Shown here in pieces: positions 14,434 through 27,778 of a DNA stretch of 64,000 nucleotides (positions within the stretch are counted from its first letter, which is position 1; every line of letters starts with the position of its first letter). A program made the translations under genes and the position numbers. Source of the stretch: Octopus vulgaris (lineage: Eukaryota); contig OX597819.1 in assembly GCA_951406725.2 (NCBI GenBank), positions 104,036,001 through 104,100,000 on the forward strand, written 5' to 3'. Under the pieces are notes generated by a model, which saw nothing but the letters and a program-made list of their open reading frames with translations, did no database searches and had not been told where the DNA came from.

Positions 14434-15223
14434 TTTTTTTTTCTTCTTTCAAATTTGCTTCCATTTCTTGCCGAGTGTCTTCCCGACTCCTAGGGCAAAG
14501 AAACTCATAGTATACATCGGTAGGCCATTAAACCAAACTCAATAGTTCGTTCATTTTTTTTTTTTTTTTTTTTAAGTTAAATTAAAATACATGAGCAGCA
14601 ACAATTCTCACATCGACAATGCACTTCTCAATACATGTGATGTACCAGTTAAGACAATCTTTTGCACTTCTTGCAGGGATGGTAAGCCCGGGATCATTCT
14701 CATATAATTTTCGGTTCCCTTCTTGATCATTCCTAGTGCTCCTACGACCACTGGTATTGTAACCGCCTTGAGATGCCACATTTTCTCAAATTCAATGAGT
14801 AGGTCTTTATATTTTCTGAGCTTGTCAAACTCTTTCGCTGAGATATTATGATCACAGGGGATGCTCATGTCGATCAATAAGCAAACTTTATTGTTTTGGT
14901 CTTTCACAACAATATCTGGTTTATTGGCCTTGATGGTTCGGTCTGTATGTACTGGAAAGTCCCACATAATGGTTACATTTTCTCCTTCAGTTACAGCCTC
15001 AGGGTGGTGATTATACCACTTGTCGGCAGTTTTGATATTGTAATGCCGACTTATTAGCCAGTGTAGATATTGGCCAACTCTGTCATGTCTTAATTTATAC
15101 TCCACTGGTGCTAAGACTTTACATCCAGAGATTTGATGGTCCACTGTTTCAATCATGTCGTTGCAGAATCGGCATTTTGGGTCTGCTCCATTTTTCATCA
15201 CATTGGCCTGGTAGTTCCGGGTT
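14433..15223 (-). mobile_element. 5'-truncated Dong/R4-clade LINE (CCHC knuckle plus restriction-like endonuclease) in (TAA)n
   Basis: Uninterrupted ORF TRNY...CRFC...ETVDHQISGC...RHD...KPDIV...IDMSIP...KLRKY...PVVVGALG (stop at 14608). (ATT)n lies on both flanks, matching the known Dong preference for TAA repeats. Confidence 0.93.
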
Positions 15224-15225
15224 TA

Positions 15226-15281
<56 letters not shown>

Positions 15282-15336
15282 TATTATTTCTAACGCTGGA
15301 GATGTACTACGGTGCCAGCTGTTCACTACCAGTGAA

Positions 15337-15373
<37 letters not shown>

Positions 15374-15417
15374 CATTATTATTATTATTATCATTATTAT
15401 TATTGTTATTATTATTA

Positions 15418-15485
<68 letters not shown>

Positions 15486-15488
<3 letters not shown>

Positions 15489-15620
15489 TCCACCGAGGTC
15501 GACTTTGCCTTTCATCCTTTCGGAGTCGATAAATTAAGAACGAGTCAAGTCCTGGGGTCGGTGTAATCGACTATCCCCCTCCCCACAAATTCCGGACCTT
15601 GTGCCTATAGTAGGAAGGAT
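15486..15620 (+). mobile_element. SINE family B, 5'-truncated, in (ATT)n
   Basis: GAGGTCGACTTTGCCTTTCATCCTTTCGG...GTGCCTATAGTAGGAAGGATT. Confidence 0.88.
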
Positions 15621-15647
15621 TATTATTATTATTATTATTATTAGTAT

Positions 15648-15736
<89 letters not shown>

Positions 15737-17416
15737 AAGGAAGAAAAGAGAAGCAGAAAGACGATGTGGAAATAGACGATATATAACCAACCTCTACAAA
15801 AAAAAACAAGAAAAACAAATGGAAATAGCAAAAATAAATACATAAAAACGAATATGAGAGACAAAAAGAAAGAAAAAGAAAGGGAGAGAGAGATTGAGAG
15901 AGAGAGAAAGAGAGAGAATGAGAAAGAGAGATGGAGAGTAAGATAGAGAAGAAAGTACGAAACCATAAATGAACGAAATGAAAAAAGGAAGAAAAAAGGC
16001 CGAGGGTGTGATTATGAGAAGGTTGACTGGACGTATTGTCGGTTATTAAGATTAATGACAAAACCGAAGGCTACTGGCATCTGATGACATGTTTGTTATA
16101 GACGCTTATCGAATATGGCTGGTCGCCATTTTTTTCTGCACTCGTCATCTCTGTATTTCGCCTCTTGTTCTCCTCTAATCCTAACAGCAACACCACCGAC
16201 ATTAACAACAACAACAGCAACAATATCAACAACAACAACAACAACAGCAGCAGCAGCAGCAACAGCAGCAACAACAACAAACATTAACAATTTCTTGCTG
16301 GCACATACGCAGTCCTTGCTCCAAACATGGCCACCGGCAATGCTTTTTCGCTCTCTTGCATGCAAACACAAAACAGGCCGAATGAGGCAAGAGATGGTGA
16401 GCATTCTGAAGGGCGTAGGTGTGTCTGGTGATGGCGGTGGTGGTGCTTGTTTTACGAAGCTTGGGAGGTGATGTAATATCATGGCGTGTCAGAAGGTGTA
16501 CAGGGGATGAGTAGTATTAGTAGTAGTAGTAGTAGTAGTAGTAATAGTAGTGTGTGTATAGGAGGAGGAGGAAAGTGTTTAAATATTGGTTGTTGTTCTT
16601 GTAACAACGTTGACCCTTTTGTGTTGATTGAGACTGGCCCCATACGATCTATAGCCCTCCCCTATCTGGTTCATCTAGTTTGCTTTAAATACATGCAAAT
16701 ATACACACATGCATACAATTATGCAAGCATACAGATACACATACATGCACACACATACAAACATCATGCATATATATATTTACTCATATACATTTATGCA
16801 TACATGCAGATTACATGTATGATGTATGCATATGAGTGCGTGAGTGTTTTTGCAGTTGGGCACAACATATGAATATATATATATATATATACAAAAAAGG
16901 CACATAACTCTTATGTACACCTTGATTAAAAGATATACTAAATACACCTTCACACACACACACACATACACACACACACACACGCATACATATATAAATA
17001 AAAAAGTGTACACATATGAAAGATGAGAAAAATAAATACATTCGTACAATCATACATACACATATGACTATATTCTGGCTGTCTGATCAGATAAATATAT
17101 GTTCTTCCATACTTAAGTTGTGAGAAGGCTATTGTCGGAATATTTGGGGCATCCAATTTCTGATATATTCTCTTCTATTTTGTTATCGCAATCCGATAGA
17201 ATGTAAGGTAAATACATCTTCGTTGTGAGGGTGAAAGAATTAAATGTAAATATTAGAGATTTAAAGTAAATGCTCACATCCATAACCATTCGGCTACCAT
17301 ACTATCTGCCGTAACGTGGTTTTTAGCAGTGAGCTGCACAGCATCAATTTTGTGATCACAGCAAACAATCACGGTTGAATAAATGGTCGACCACAGAAAG
17401 GAATTATCTACTGTAA

Positions 17417-17586
17417 GGCGTAGGAGTGGCTGTGTGGTAAGTAGCTTGCTTACCAACCACATAGTTCCGGGTTCAGTCCCATTGCGTGGCACCTTAGGCA
17501 AGTGTCTTCTACTATAGCCTCGGGCCGACCAGAGCCTTGTGAGTGGATTTGTACACGGAAACTGAAAGAAACCCGTCGTATATATG

Positions 17587-17617
<31 letters not shown>

Positions 17618-17837
17618 ATGTTTCTGTGTCTATGTTTGTTCCCCCCACCATCGCTTGACAGCCGATGCTGGTGTGTTTACGTTCCCGTAATTTAGCGGTT
17701 CGACAAAAGAGACTGATAGAATAAGTACTAGGCTTACAAAGAATAAGTCCTGGGGTCGATTTGCTCAACTAAAGGCGGTGCTCTAGCATGGCCGCAGTCA
17801 AATGACTGAAACAAGTAAAAGAGTAAAGAGTAAAGAG
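17417..17837 (+). mobile_element. SINE family A, full length (tRNA-derived)
   Basis: A-box-like TGGCTGTGTGG, B-box-like GGTTCAGTCC, (TAAAGAG)n tail, possible TSD TGTAA. Confidence 0.95.
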
Positions 17838-17882
17838 TGTAAACAGATACGACTGACAAGAATAATATAATATATTTACTAC

Positions 17883-18195
17883 GTGGAGGTGCAATGGCCC
17901 AGTGGTTAGGGCAGCGGACTCGCGGTCGTAGGATTGCGGTTTCGATACCCAGACCGGGCGTTGTGAGTGTTTAATTGAGCGAAAACACCTTAAAGCTCCA
18001 CGAGGCTCCTGCAGGGGGTGGTGGCGATCCCTGCTGTACTCTTTCGCCACAACTTTCTCTCACTCTTTCTTCTGTTGGTTTGCTCGCTTAGCCAGCGGGG
18101 TGGCGTCATTTGAAGGCTAAAGCAATGCGAAGCGTATTGTGACCAGCGATGTGTAGCAACATCTGATAGCCTGGTCGGTCACGGTGATCACGGTG
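17883..18195 (+). mobile_element. SINE family C (tRNA-like head), full length
   Basis: TGGCCCAGTGGTTAGGGCAGCGGACTCGCGGTC...GGTTTCGATACC; 3' tandem TCACGGTGA; 11-bp TSD ATATTTA(C/T)TAC. Confidence 0.92.
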
Positions 18196-18989
18196 ATATT
18201 TATTACATCGTTGTATAATTCTTTAATTAATTAATCAGTTCAACTTACAAATGCTTGCACTGCCTTATATATACGAACTTTAGGTTAGATGAAATATGTT
18301 TATAACATATTTTAAATTCTAATAGCAAAATGCACAGCAGTTATCGTGGAGAAAAAAATCTCTTATAGTAAAGCACCATATCTGCCCAATGCTGCCCTCA
18401 AGTGGATTCCCAGAAGCACGCTTCTGGCTCTTTAGACTTCCTCAGTTGGAAATACTGAAGAGAGGGATGATGTGCTTTTCACCTTTTACCACAAAAGAGA
18501 ATTTTTTCTTCACAGTAACTGCAGTGAATTTTACTTTAGAAGTTAAAATATGTCACAATCATATTTTAAGTAGTCTAAAGCTCGTTTATTCTCCATCCCT
18601 GTTTAGGTACCAAGTCATCGGAAATGAGACAAATTCAAGATGGCTTCTAGATGTTAGGCCTCTATTGGTCAACTCTTGTCTCATTTCGTATTAATTGACC
18701 TTTAAATGCCCGACGAGCTAGGTTCGTTCTACAAGCCTACAAAACTTCATGGTGCCGAATGCATAAATACACACACGCGCGCACGTACACACAAACGTGG
18801 ATAAGATTTTTGAAAAATATGTTACAGACATGTCTGTATTCAAGTTTAAATTTTTTTTATTAATGATTATTAAATTTTAAAATTAGTTTTTTATATTTAG
18901 TCTGGTCCAAAATATTTCTTTCTATCTCATCTCTCTCTCTCCTCCTCTCTCTATTTTTATGTTTTTTGTGTATGCCTATTAATAAATAA

Positions 18990-19051
<62 letters not shown>

Positions 19052-19095
19052 GTACATATATATGTATATATGTATGTATATATGTGTGTATGTGC

Positions 19096-19134
<39 letters not shown>

Positions 19135-19806
19135 CATACATACATACATACATACATGCATACATATGAATGATTATATTTCTATATGTGTGTATGCTTC
19201 TAAAAGGTAAGGACAATATTGGTATAACTGTCTTCCACTCGTCACACATTTCTACAGAGATCAAAGTTGAAAATAATCCTCATTTTATAGAAAGACAGAA
19301 TGTTATTCGAATTAAAATTAAAATATCCATAATTGTGATTGATTTGATCTTTAATTGGTTTTGGTGTTTTATCTTTGCATTTGATCTGCAATAATTAATT
19401 TCACGCATATGGTAATTTTGGCGTTTTCTCATTCATTATTTTTGGATATAAAAAAAGAAATTGTAATAATTTTTCCAAAAGTGCAAGTTTTCTTGATTTT
19501 GATTTTACAAATATCGTAGAGAAATTAAAAATTTCTGGAACATAAATAGATAAATACATTAGCAAAATAAATAAAAATTCGAAATTGCATGACCTCTGTC
19601 AAGCTTATGACCAGCGAACTATTTTCCAACAAGAGCTGGAAAATATGGAAATATATTCTTATAAATATTACATATACATACATACATACATACATACATA
19701 CATACATACATACATACATACATACATACATACATACATACATACATACATACATACATACATACATACATACATACATACATACATAAATACATACATA
19801 CATACA

Positions 19807-20316
19807 TTAGACCTGACATAATGATTTGGGATAGAGAAGAGACACTGTGTACAGTTGTGGGAATCAGCTGCCCAGCGGATATTAATATAAAGCTAAAGAT
19901 CAGCGAAAGAAAAATACCTACGCTGAATTATAGAAAAAATTGTAGTTACTCTATCCAGATTACAAGATCATGTTACTGGGCTATGTAACACGCTGCCTAA
20001 ATACCAATCTCGAGAAATTAAGCTTCTCAAAACCAGAACCTAGAAAGCTGATTCGAAGACTACAAATCCATGCTATCACTAGAACTGTAAAAATCTGCAA
20101 AATTTTCCGGGAATTTATCATTTCTAGAGCATGTCTAGATATGCTACTATATGCATGAGAAACCATACATAAAACAAAACATACAAATCTGCGCATATAC
20201 ATACATACAAAAATATCATGTCGATGTCGTTGAAGTTCCATTGAAAGAGCCTTGGGTTAGAAGCTGGCTCTTTCTCTATTGGCAAGAAACCTTGAAATAA
20301 AACTGAATAATAACTT
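19807..20316 (+). mobile_element. 3' end of an R4-like RLE LINE flanked by (CATA)n
   Basis: Degenerate RPDIMIWDREE...ISCPAD...LGYVTRCLNTNLEKL...TVKICK. Homologous to 40430-41357. Confidence 0.85.
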
Positions 20317-20324
20317 ACATACAT

Positions 20325-20379
<55 letters not shown>

Positions 20380-20431
20380 CATACATACATATACATACAT
20401 ACATACATACATACATACATACATACATACA

Positions 20432-20465
<34 letters not shown>

Positions 20466-20699
20466 AATAAAGAAACCCAATGTGTATCTGGTGCTCTCGC
20501 TAGCCACGATTGGGACTAATTTTCAAATTTCTCTGATTTTTATTGGTTTTTAACAGTGAGTCCATGAGGGATGTTATCTCGGGACAAATACTGAAGTAAA
20601 TAGCCTATCGACAGTGTACATACATCATGTATGCTGATGACTAGACACAAACACACGCGCGAGCACACACAGAAATATATGTATGTCAAAGCTAATAGT

Positions 20700-20950
20700 T
20701 TTATAATATTCAAATTTAGTGCAATACAACTGACTCACGCTAGGCTGTGCATAAAATATATATTGTTTACTAAAGGCACAGCCGTCTACAGTACAACTGT
20801 GTAAATTAACACAACGTTTAAAAATCGAAAAATACCTTAGGAATAAGAACCCAGGTTCGAAATTTACCCAAGACACCTGATGAAGGCTGGAGGGTATAGC
20901 AACAAACAAGATGAGGACAAATATCCGTCGAATGTAAATAATGTAAATAC
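20700..20950 (+). mobile_element. Putative Penelope-like terminal fragment with a partial hammerhead core
   Basis: CTGATGA-A-GGCTG at 20877; the GAAA half is absent. The family assignment comes from recognition, not alignment. Confidence 0.5.
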
Positions 20951-21589
20951 TGTTACTCTAAGTTTCGTGTTTCCACTGATCAAACAAGATTAGCATATTT
21001 AATTATTCAATATTTATTTTGGCAACAAGAACAACAAGAACAACAAGAACAAGAACAAGAACAAGAACAGGAACAACATCGCCAGAATTAGCAGCAGAAT
21101 CTTCAGATCACTCAGGTATCTCATGAAATAAGAGCTACAAAGATCTTATAATCGAGAATGTTCTGGTAAGAAGGGAGAGAAAAGAAAGAAAAATGGCAAA
21201 ACAAATTTAGTCTCACAAGTCGTGAGATTTGAAGGGAGAAGACTTGAAGGGAATACAATATTAACATCAACTCACACTACCACCTTGGACAGAATCAACA
21301 AACGCTACTGCAAACGCCACAGACGGAGACAAATACAGGTTAATGTACACCAAACAAACGATTGGAGCCTTTGACAGAAACAACAAAGAATTAAGGAACT
21401 ATATACATCAACATACAAACATTATCACATCAACAAATGACATACCAACACAAGTAGAAGTCTTAGGATACAACATAAGGAACTTACAACTGAGTAAAAG
21501 CAAAATATCCCGATGGAATAGCTTTCCGAGATCAAAGAGTATATAAGAAATTACTGGTGGAAACACCCACTATTAGAAAGCAGGGCAGA

Positions 21590-23615
21590 TTGTCCTTTCT
21601 CAAGAATAAGGTAAGTAATCCTTCTCACTTTTCACTTTATCAACTAATATGGCCTTACTCAGAATTGTTACTGCGATTACACGTGATCTGGGATCGTCTT
21701 GTAAGGAAGATTACTTGCTGAACAACCTCAGGCCATTAGACATAAATATGAAAGTCGGCAGTGTGATCAGAATCTTCGAGGAACGTGCCTTCGTTGCCAC
21801 CTTCGGCAGTTAGAGGTGTTCATATCTCCAGGTTGTACGGGACCAGGAGGTGGAGTCTCGGTATTGTTTTGGAAATGGCTGGATTTCGCAATACAGACTT
21901 CCTGGACCCAGGGAGCAAGTTGGTGGTGCTGGACGTAACCAGCAGCTAAGGTCATATCTTTCAACTAATGGTTATGGACACCTCGACAAGGATGAGACGG
22001 GTGGATTTCTTTATGCAGCTGAAGTCTTACATGGGAAAGGTTCTCATTTTAGTGATAATGGGGGATTGGAACGGCATATTGCAGGTACTTCGAAAATGTG
22101 TGAAGCACAAATAGAAGAGGAATTCAAAAGACCGGATAACAATGCCTACATCAACAGCCTTCTGCTACTCTCAACGGCAGCGGAGTGAAAATCCAATAAC
22201 AGCCACTGACATACGGGAAGCAATGGATATCTGTACCAGGGGCAAATCGTCTGGTTTAGATGGTCCACTCACAAGTTTTGCACCTATAATTTTTTTAACG
22301 TTTCAAAATTTAGGCCAAGTTGTTAGCAAAATGGTTGGTATTTGTCGTTAGTATTCTGATTGGTTGTGTGCACCAAACAGATTTATCCATAAAAAATTTC
22401 ACCTAATGCTCTGCATCATAAAGAGGGTGAAGACGAACCTGGCATAGGTGGGGTTCTGATCATTTTAGATCAATCAAAAGCTTTCATATTGAAAGCTTTT
22501 GATTGACAGGTATCCTGCGTGAACGAAGATCTGAAAGATCCATGTCGACATATGAGTATGTAATAGTTTCAGTCAACAGACACGATGAAGTGTTTCTGTA
22601 TCATCTGAGAGATTACGATGCACTGATAGGAAACAAAATTAATCATGAAAAGTCAGTGAATCTACAGCTCAGGGTGTCGTCAAAACAGTGTCTCTGGGAT
22701 GCTGGACGGTCGTACCGGTTAAATTACCCGGTGTCTGGCTTGATTTTGTTCAGATCTATAAGTAGAGAAAAAATGAGGCGAGGTGACGAACAGGGTAGCT
22801 AGTCTTCACCCAGAAATGGGTCTAGAGAAAGCTATCCCTGAAAGTTCATGCAAAGGTGCGAACGCCTACATCGCCTCCGTCACCTATCATCACTTGGCCG
22901 TCTTGCCTTGTTTCATTTCACGTCTGACCAGACCAGAGTCTCTGCTTTTCTGCTTTCTTTGGAAGGGACGTGTTCCACTGGGCAGGTGCTCTATTTTCTG
23001 CCAACACCCGCTGACTGAGGGACTGGGCATATTGTGATTGATGATGCGCAGGCTGTGCTGAGGCTGCAACAACTAACACAATTCTTTGACGGTGAACAAT
23101 AGTGGTTACCGTTTGTCAGACGCATTTTCCTACATCTCGTTTCTTTGACAAAGCTGCATTCCTGGGTCAAGCAAAGATCGAGACAAGGTGTTTACCATCT
23201 GAAATGTCAAGCTCTCTAATCATCGGGCAATGCTGTTAGTGGAAGTTCCACGTCAGGGTTTTATAGCGGATTTGTGAAAGGCAAAAGCGACGTTCTCGGG
23301 GAAACTCTGGGCGTCAATGAAAATCAGCTGGTTGGTCTGTTCCAGAAGAGTTTTAGGCTGAGTTCATGGATAATTTCCAGAAATCCGTGCTACTAGGGGA
23401 TATTTTTGGTTCGAGATAAACTCTACATGTACGGAAATGCCATCAGTTGGGCCTTTTTGCGAAAACTGTGCAGAGCGATGAAACCCTTCATCACGCACTC
23501 GCTCAGTGCCCGAGTACTGCTGACTGGTGGAGTTAGGCTGAACACCTGCTGTTGTATTGGGCGGATATAGTAATCAGCTGAGTCCATTGAGAAGATCGTT
23601 CCACCACCTTCCTTT
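21590..23615 (+). mobile_element. Highly decayed Tx1/L1-clade LINE ORF2
   Basis: Fragments PITATDIREAMD...GKSSGLDG, LDQSKAF and CFLWKGRVPL...CQHPLTEGLG, with many stops and frameshifts. Confidence 0.8.
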
Positions 23616-23674
23616 GCTCCCGCCAAAGTTTTAGGCCTTGTTCCTATAGCGGAAATGATTATTATCATTATTAA

Positions 23675-23885
23675 GGCAGGGACTGGCAGAATCGTTAGCA
23701 CGCCGGATAAAATACTTAGCTACACCTCGTTCGTCTTTTCGTTCTGAGTTCTAATTCTGTCGTGATCGACTTAGCCTTTCAACCTTCGGAATCGATAAAA
23801 TAAGAACCAGATGAACCCTGGAGTCGATGTAATTGACTTCACCCACCCCTAAAAACTGCTGGCCTTGTGTCAAAATTAGAGAGAA
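23675..23885 (+). mobile_element. SINE family B (old copy)
   Basis: CTGGCAGAATCGTTAGCACGCCGG...GTTCTGAGTTC...CTGGCCTTGTG. Confidence 0.88.
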
Positions 23886-24309
23886 CTATTATTATCATTA
23901 TTTCAAGTTTTTCTGAAAATAGCTTCATTTCGTTTCACTTATCGTCATCAGCACCTCCTTTTCATTCAGTCACCCTTTTCTCCTTTCTATTTATGTTTAA
24001 CTTCTATCATGTTTTTTCTTTTCCTTTCTATTTCCTTTCTGACATCCTCCCCACCATCCACTTCCAATCTCTAGCCCCACTTAATGAGTCAAAGAACGCT
24101 GTTGATGTAAGTATTTGATTTTTATCCCGAACCAATAATTCAATTATTCCTAAGAATTCACTTTAGCAACTTAATGAATTCAACTTCAAAATTACCGCCC
24201 TACTCCAACCACTGACACAGCCACATACACACACACATACACACATCACCTCTTCTTCTCTCAATCACTAACCCACTCACACATATACGTCATACCATAC
24301 CGTGCTACA

Positions 24310-24453
24310 CTACACCACTACCGTCGAACGACAGGCAATATGACACCGTCCTACCACATCACCACCCGACCGTTCTTTGTTTCTGCCGTATCGGTTGTGT
24401 TCTAGTTCTGAGTTCGAGCTATCATCGCAGACTGCCGACGACTTCTGGGACAT
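24310..24453 (-). CDS. Weak candidate first coding exon (MSQKSSAVCDDSSNSELEHNRYGRNKERSGGDVVG...)
   Basis: GC-richer unique island with an ATG at 24453 and several possible GT donors. No homology recognised. Confidence 0.2.
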   Translation of the reverse strand: MSQKSSAVCDDSSNSELEHNRYGRNKERSGGDVVGRCHIACRSTVVV

Positions 24454-24637
24454 GTCTTTTAATTTTATTTGTTTCTTTCTTTCTTTCTTTCTTCCATTCC
24501 TTTTTTCATTCTTACTTTTCTTTTTCTTATACCCAGATTCAATATTTTCTCCAATATACTTTATAATGGATGTTATTTTTAGATCTGTGTAGATACACAC
24601 AAACAAACAAAAATAAGAATGTAACATTGTGTGTGTT

Positions 24638-24711
<74 letters not shown>

Positions 24712-24878
24712 AATATACACACACACATGCTTTTACTCATTAACACACATAGAAACGCATACAAAGGTCTACGTGTGTATGTATACATGTGCATACATAT
24801 ACAGTAAAGTTCTTTGTAATATATATCTGTCTAACTTTTTGCCATTCTATGTATCTATGCACAGACACACACATACAT

Positions 24879-24936
<58 letters not shown>

Positions 24937-25317
24937 ACATATATACTATATACATATATATGTATATATGAATATATGCATATATGTATATATACATATA
25001 TGCATATATCTATGTGTATATATATATAAGTATATGTCTATATATATTATATACAGTGATATATACTCATGTGCATATGTGTGTGTGTGCAGTGAATAAG
25101 ACACACACACACACACACATGTATATATGTATATGGGTGTAGAGGTGTGCTGGTGTATATTATGCTTCTAAAAGCTCCCAGCGTGCTGTCATTAGTCGCT
25201 TTTGCAATAGAGAAGACGCCATTTTACTATTTTCTTTTTGCAACCTTATTCCTTTACGCTTCTCTCTCTCTCTCTCTCTCTCTCTACTTCTCTGTCTCTC
25301 TTTCTCTTTCTTTCTTG

Positions 25318-25414
<97 letters not shown>

Positions 25415-25907
25415 AAATACATTTTGTTTTGTTTTTCTTGTAAGTGTTTTTTTACTTTTCTTTCTTCATATTTCTATTTCTATTTATTTTAAATTTTCCG
25501 AGTCAAACTGAGAGGCTTTTAAACTTATATTATTACAAGACTAACTTCAGTCGTTGTTGCTGTTGCTGTTGTTGTTGCTTGTAGTTTTGGTGCTTGGTGT
25601 TTAGAGTAGAGCTTATGACGGGATATTGATGAAGGCAGATAGCGTTGTTGATGTTATTGTAGATGTTTGGAATTAAAGTGGCGAGGGGGAGGGGGAGAGA
25701 GAGAAAGAGGGAGGCAGGTTGACAATGCTGTTGTTGTTGTTGTTGTTATTGTCGTATATGTGTTTGTGTTTTGCTGTTATGTGATTTGTAATGTGATGAT
25801 GTGTGTTTGTATGGCTCGGTTAATTGTATGAAAATGTCTTATTATTTGTGTCTGTTGTTAATGTTAATCCTGACGAAGATGCCTTCAACATCATATACAT
25901 ACATACG

Positions 25908-26049
<142 letters not shown>

Positions 26050-26265
26050 TACACACATATGAATGTATGTGTATATTTAAGCGTATGCATATATTTATAA
26101 ATAGATGCATCTATGTGGTATTTAAATGACTAAGATATATATTTTAGCTTAATTTTTACGCACACAAAGCGAGATAGGGAATGATACACATAGATATATG
26201 AAGACAGAGGGGCAGAGGATGATAGAGGTGCGTGCATATATAGAGATGTGTGTGTATGTGTATGA

Positions 26266-26311
<46 letters not shown>

Positions 26312-26328
26312 ACATATATATATGTATG

Positions 26329-26360
<32 letters not shown>

Positions 26361-26682
26361 TATATACATATATATATATGTAATATATAATATATATATA
26401 TATGTACACACACATATATATATATATATGCGCACACCAACACGTCTGTGTGTGTATATATCCGCATTCACACACACGCAATCACGTAAATATGTACATT
26501 ATGATATAGGTGCAGTTATCCATACAGGTACTCACACAGTCATACGTAGATATAGAACGACAGGTAAATAATAAGATAGTAAGTAATCAGACGGTAAGTT
26601 AGAGAGAGTAGGAAAAAGAAAGTTGATGTGATTAGACATTTTATCAGGTCCTCAGTTATATCATTCAACGTTATTGTATCTC

Positions 26683-26900
26683 TTATTATCGCCGCCATAG
26701 CGAAGGCGGAGGTATCGTTTTCAATCTTGTTTGTTCGTTTGTTTGTTTGTTTGTCCGTGGCCAAGATATCTGAAGAACCGTTGGATGGATTCCGATGAAA
26801 CTTTCAGGGATGTTTGGCCTCGTGACTGGCACGAAGTTATTAGATTTTGGGTTCAATCCGGTACCGGACAAGGATTCTGCATTAATATATTTACTTATTC
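26683..26900 (+). mobile_element. Helentron-associated (DINE/HINE-like) non-autonomous element, 5' part
   Basis: TTATTATC-CGCC...GGCGG hairpin, then (GTTT)n and the conserved block GATGGATTCCGATGAAACTTTCAGG...TTAGATTTTGG. Confidence 0.65.
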
Positions 26901-26904
26901 AATT

Positions 26905-27523
26905 ATGGTTCATCACTGAGCCAGTGAGAAAGAGACAATCTGTGGAGTGAAAACACCTCTCCTCAACTGTTCCCCCGAAAGCCAAGCTTGTTTCATCTGC
27001 AGGGACGCTGATGGCCTCAGTTTTTTGAGATGCAAAAGTCATTGTGTTTTTCTGACTATCTTCAAAATGGCCACGCTGTCAATGGAGAGTACTACACCAA
27101 CTTTTTGATGCAGTTACGAAAGCTATCATGACCAAATATTCGGAAAAGCTGACGAGACGGGTCCTGTTTAATAAGGACAATACTCTGGCACACAAATCCT
27201 TGGTTTCAATAGCTTCTGTGCGTAACTGTGTCTTTGAACTGCTTGATCACCGTTCCTATGCTCCTGATTTGGCTCCAACTGACTATCATCTATTCCCCAA
27301 CATGGAAAGACGGCTGGGAAGCAGCATTGCAGTGATGATGACGTCATATCTGCTGTTGATGGCTATTTTGACCAACAGGATGAAATCTGGGATCTAAGCA
27401 CTGCAAGACCGATGGAAGAAGGGTGTGAACCGCTAAGAGGACTGTGTTGAACGGATTCACTTCATTTTGTCACATTCCATGAGAATATGTTTGTTAGCCT
27501 TTGAACTTTTCAATCGACTCTCG
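26905..27523 (+). pseudogene. Mariner (DD34D) transposase C-terminal remnant with right TIR
   Basis: SAGTLMASVF, NGEYY, DNTLAH, DHRSYAPDLAPTDYHLFP. Ends GAACTTTTCAATCGACTCTCG|TA. Confidence 0.92.
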
Positions 27524-27730
27524 TATGTGTGTGTATGTGTATACATATACATATACATACGTACATTCATACACACACACACACGCACATATGTATATAC
27601 CATTCTGCCTAAATAATGGAACTGCAGATACAATATCCCTGAAAATCTCACGTCTATTTTCATTCCTCCACTTCACTCTCTATTTCATATCTTATCTAAA
27701 TTAACTATTGCCCTACGATTTTCTCACACC

Positions 27731-27778
27731 GTCCCCGATGAAGAGATATATAAAATATCCCGGAAACAGCTGTAAGAC
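27731..27778 (+). ncRNA. Degenerate minimal type I hammerhead ribozyme in a putative PLE terminal fragment (about 27630-27842)
   Basis: GTCC-CCGATGA-AGA-GATAT(ATAAA)ATATC-CCG-GAAA-CAGCTG-TA-AGAC: stem I GTC/GAC, stem II GATAT/ATATC, palindromic stem III, GUA site. Core U4 is changed to C. Confidence 0.7.

Noticed and set aside
17883-17960. tRNA gene
   Set aside because: The tRNA-like head continues into a SINE body with a tandem tail and TSD, and there is no acceptor stem.
25870-25895. CTGACGA-A-GATG/CATC hammerhead half
   Set aside because: No GAAA or cleavage triplet follows.
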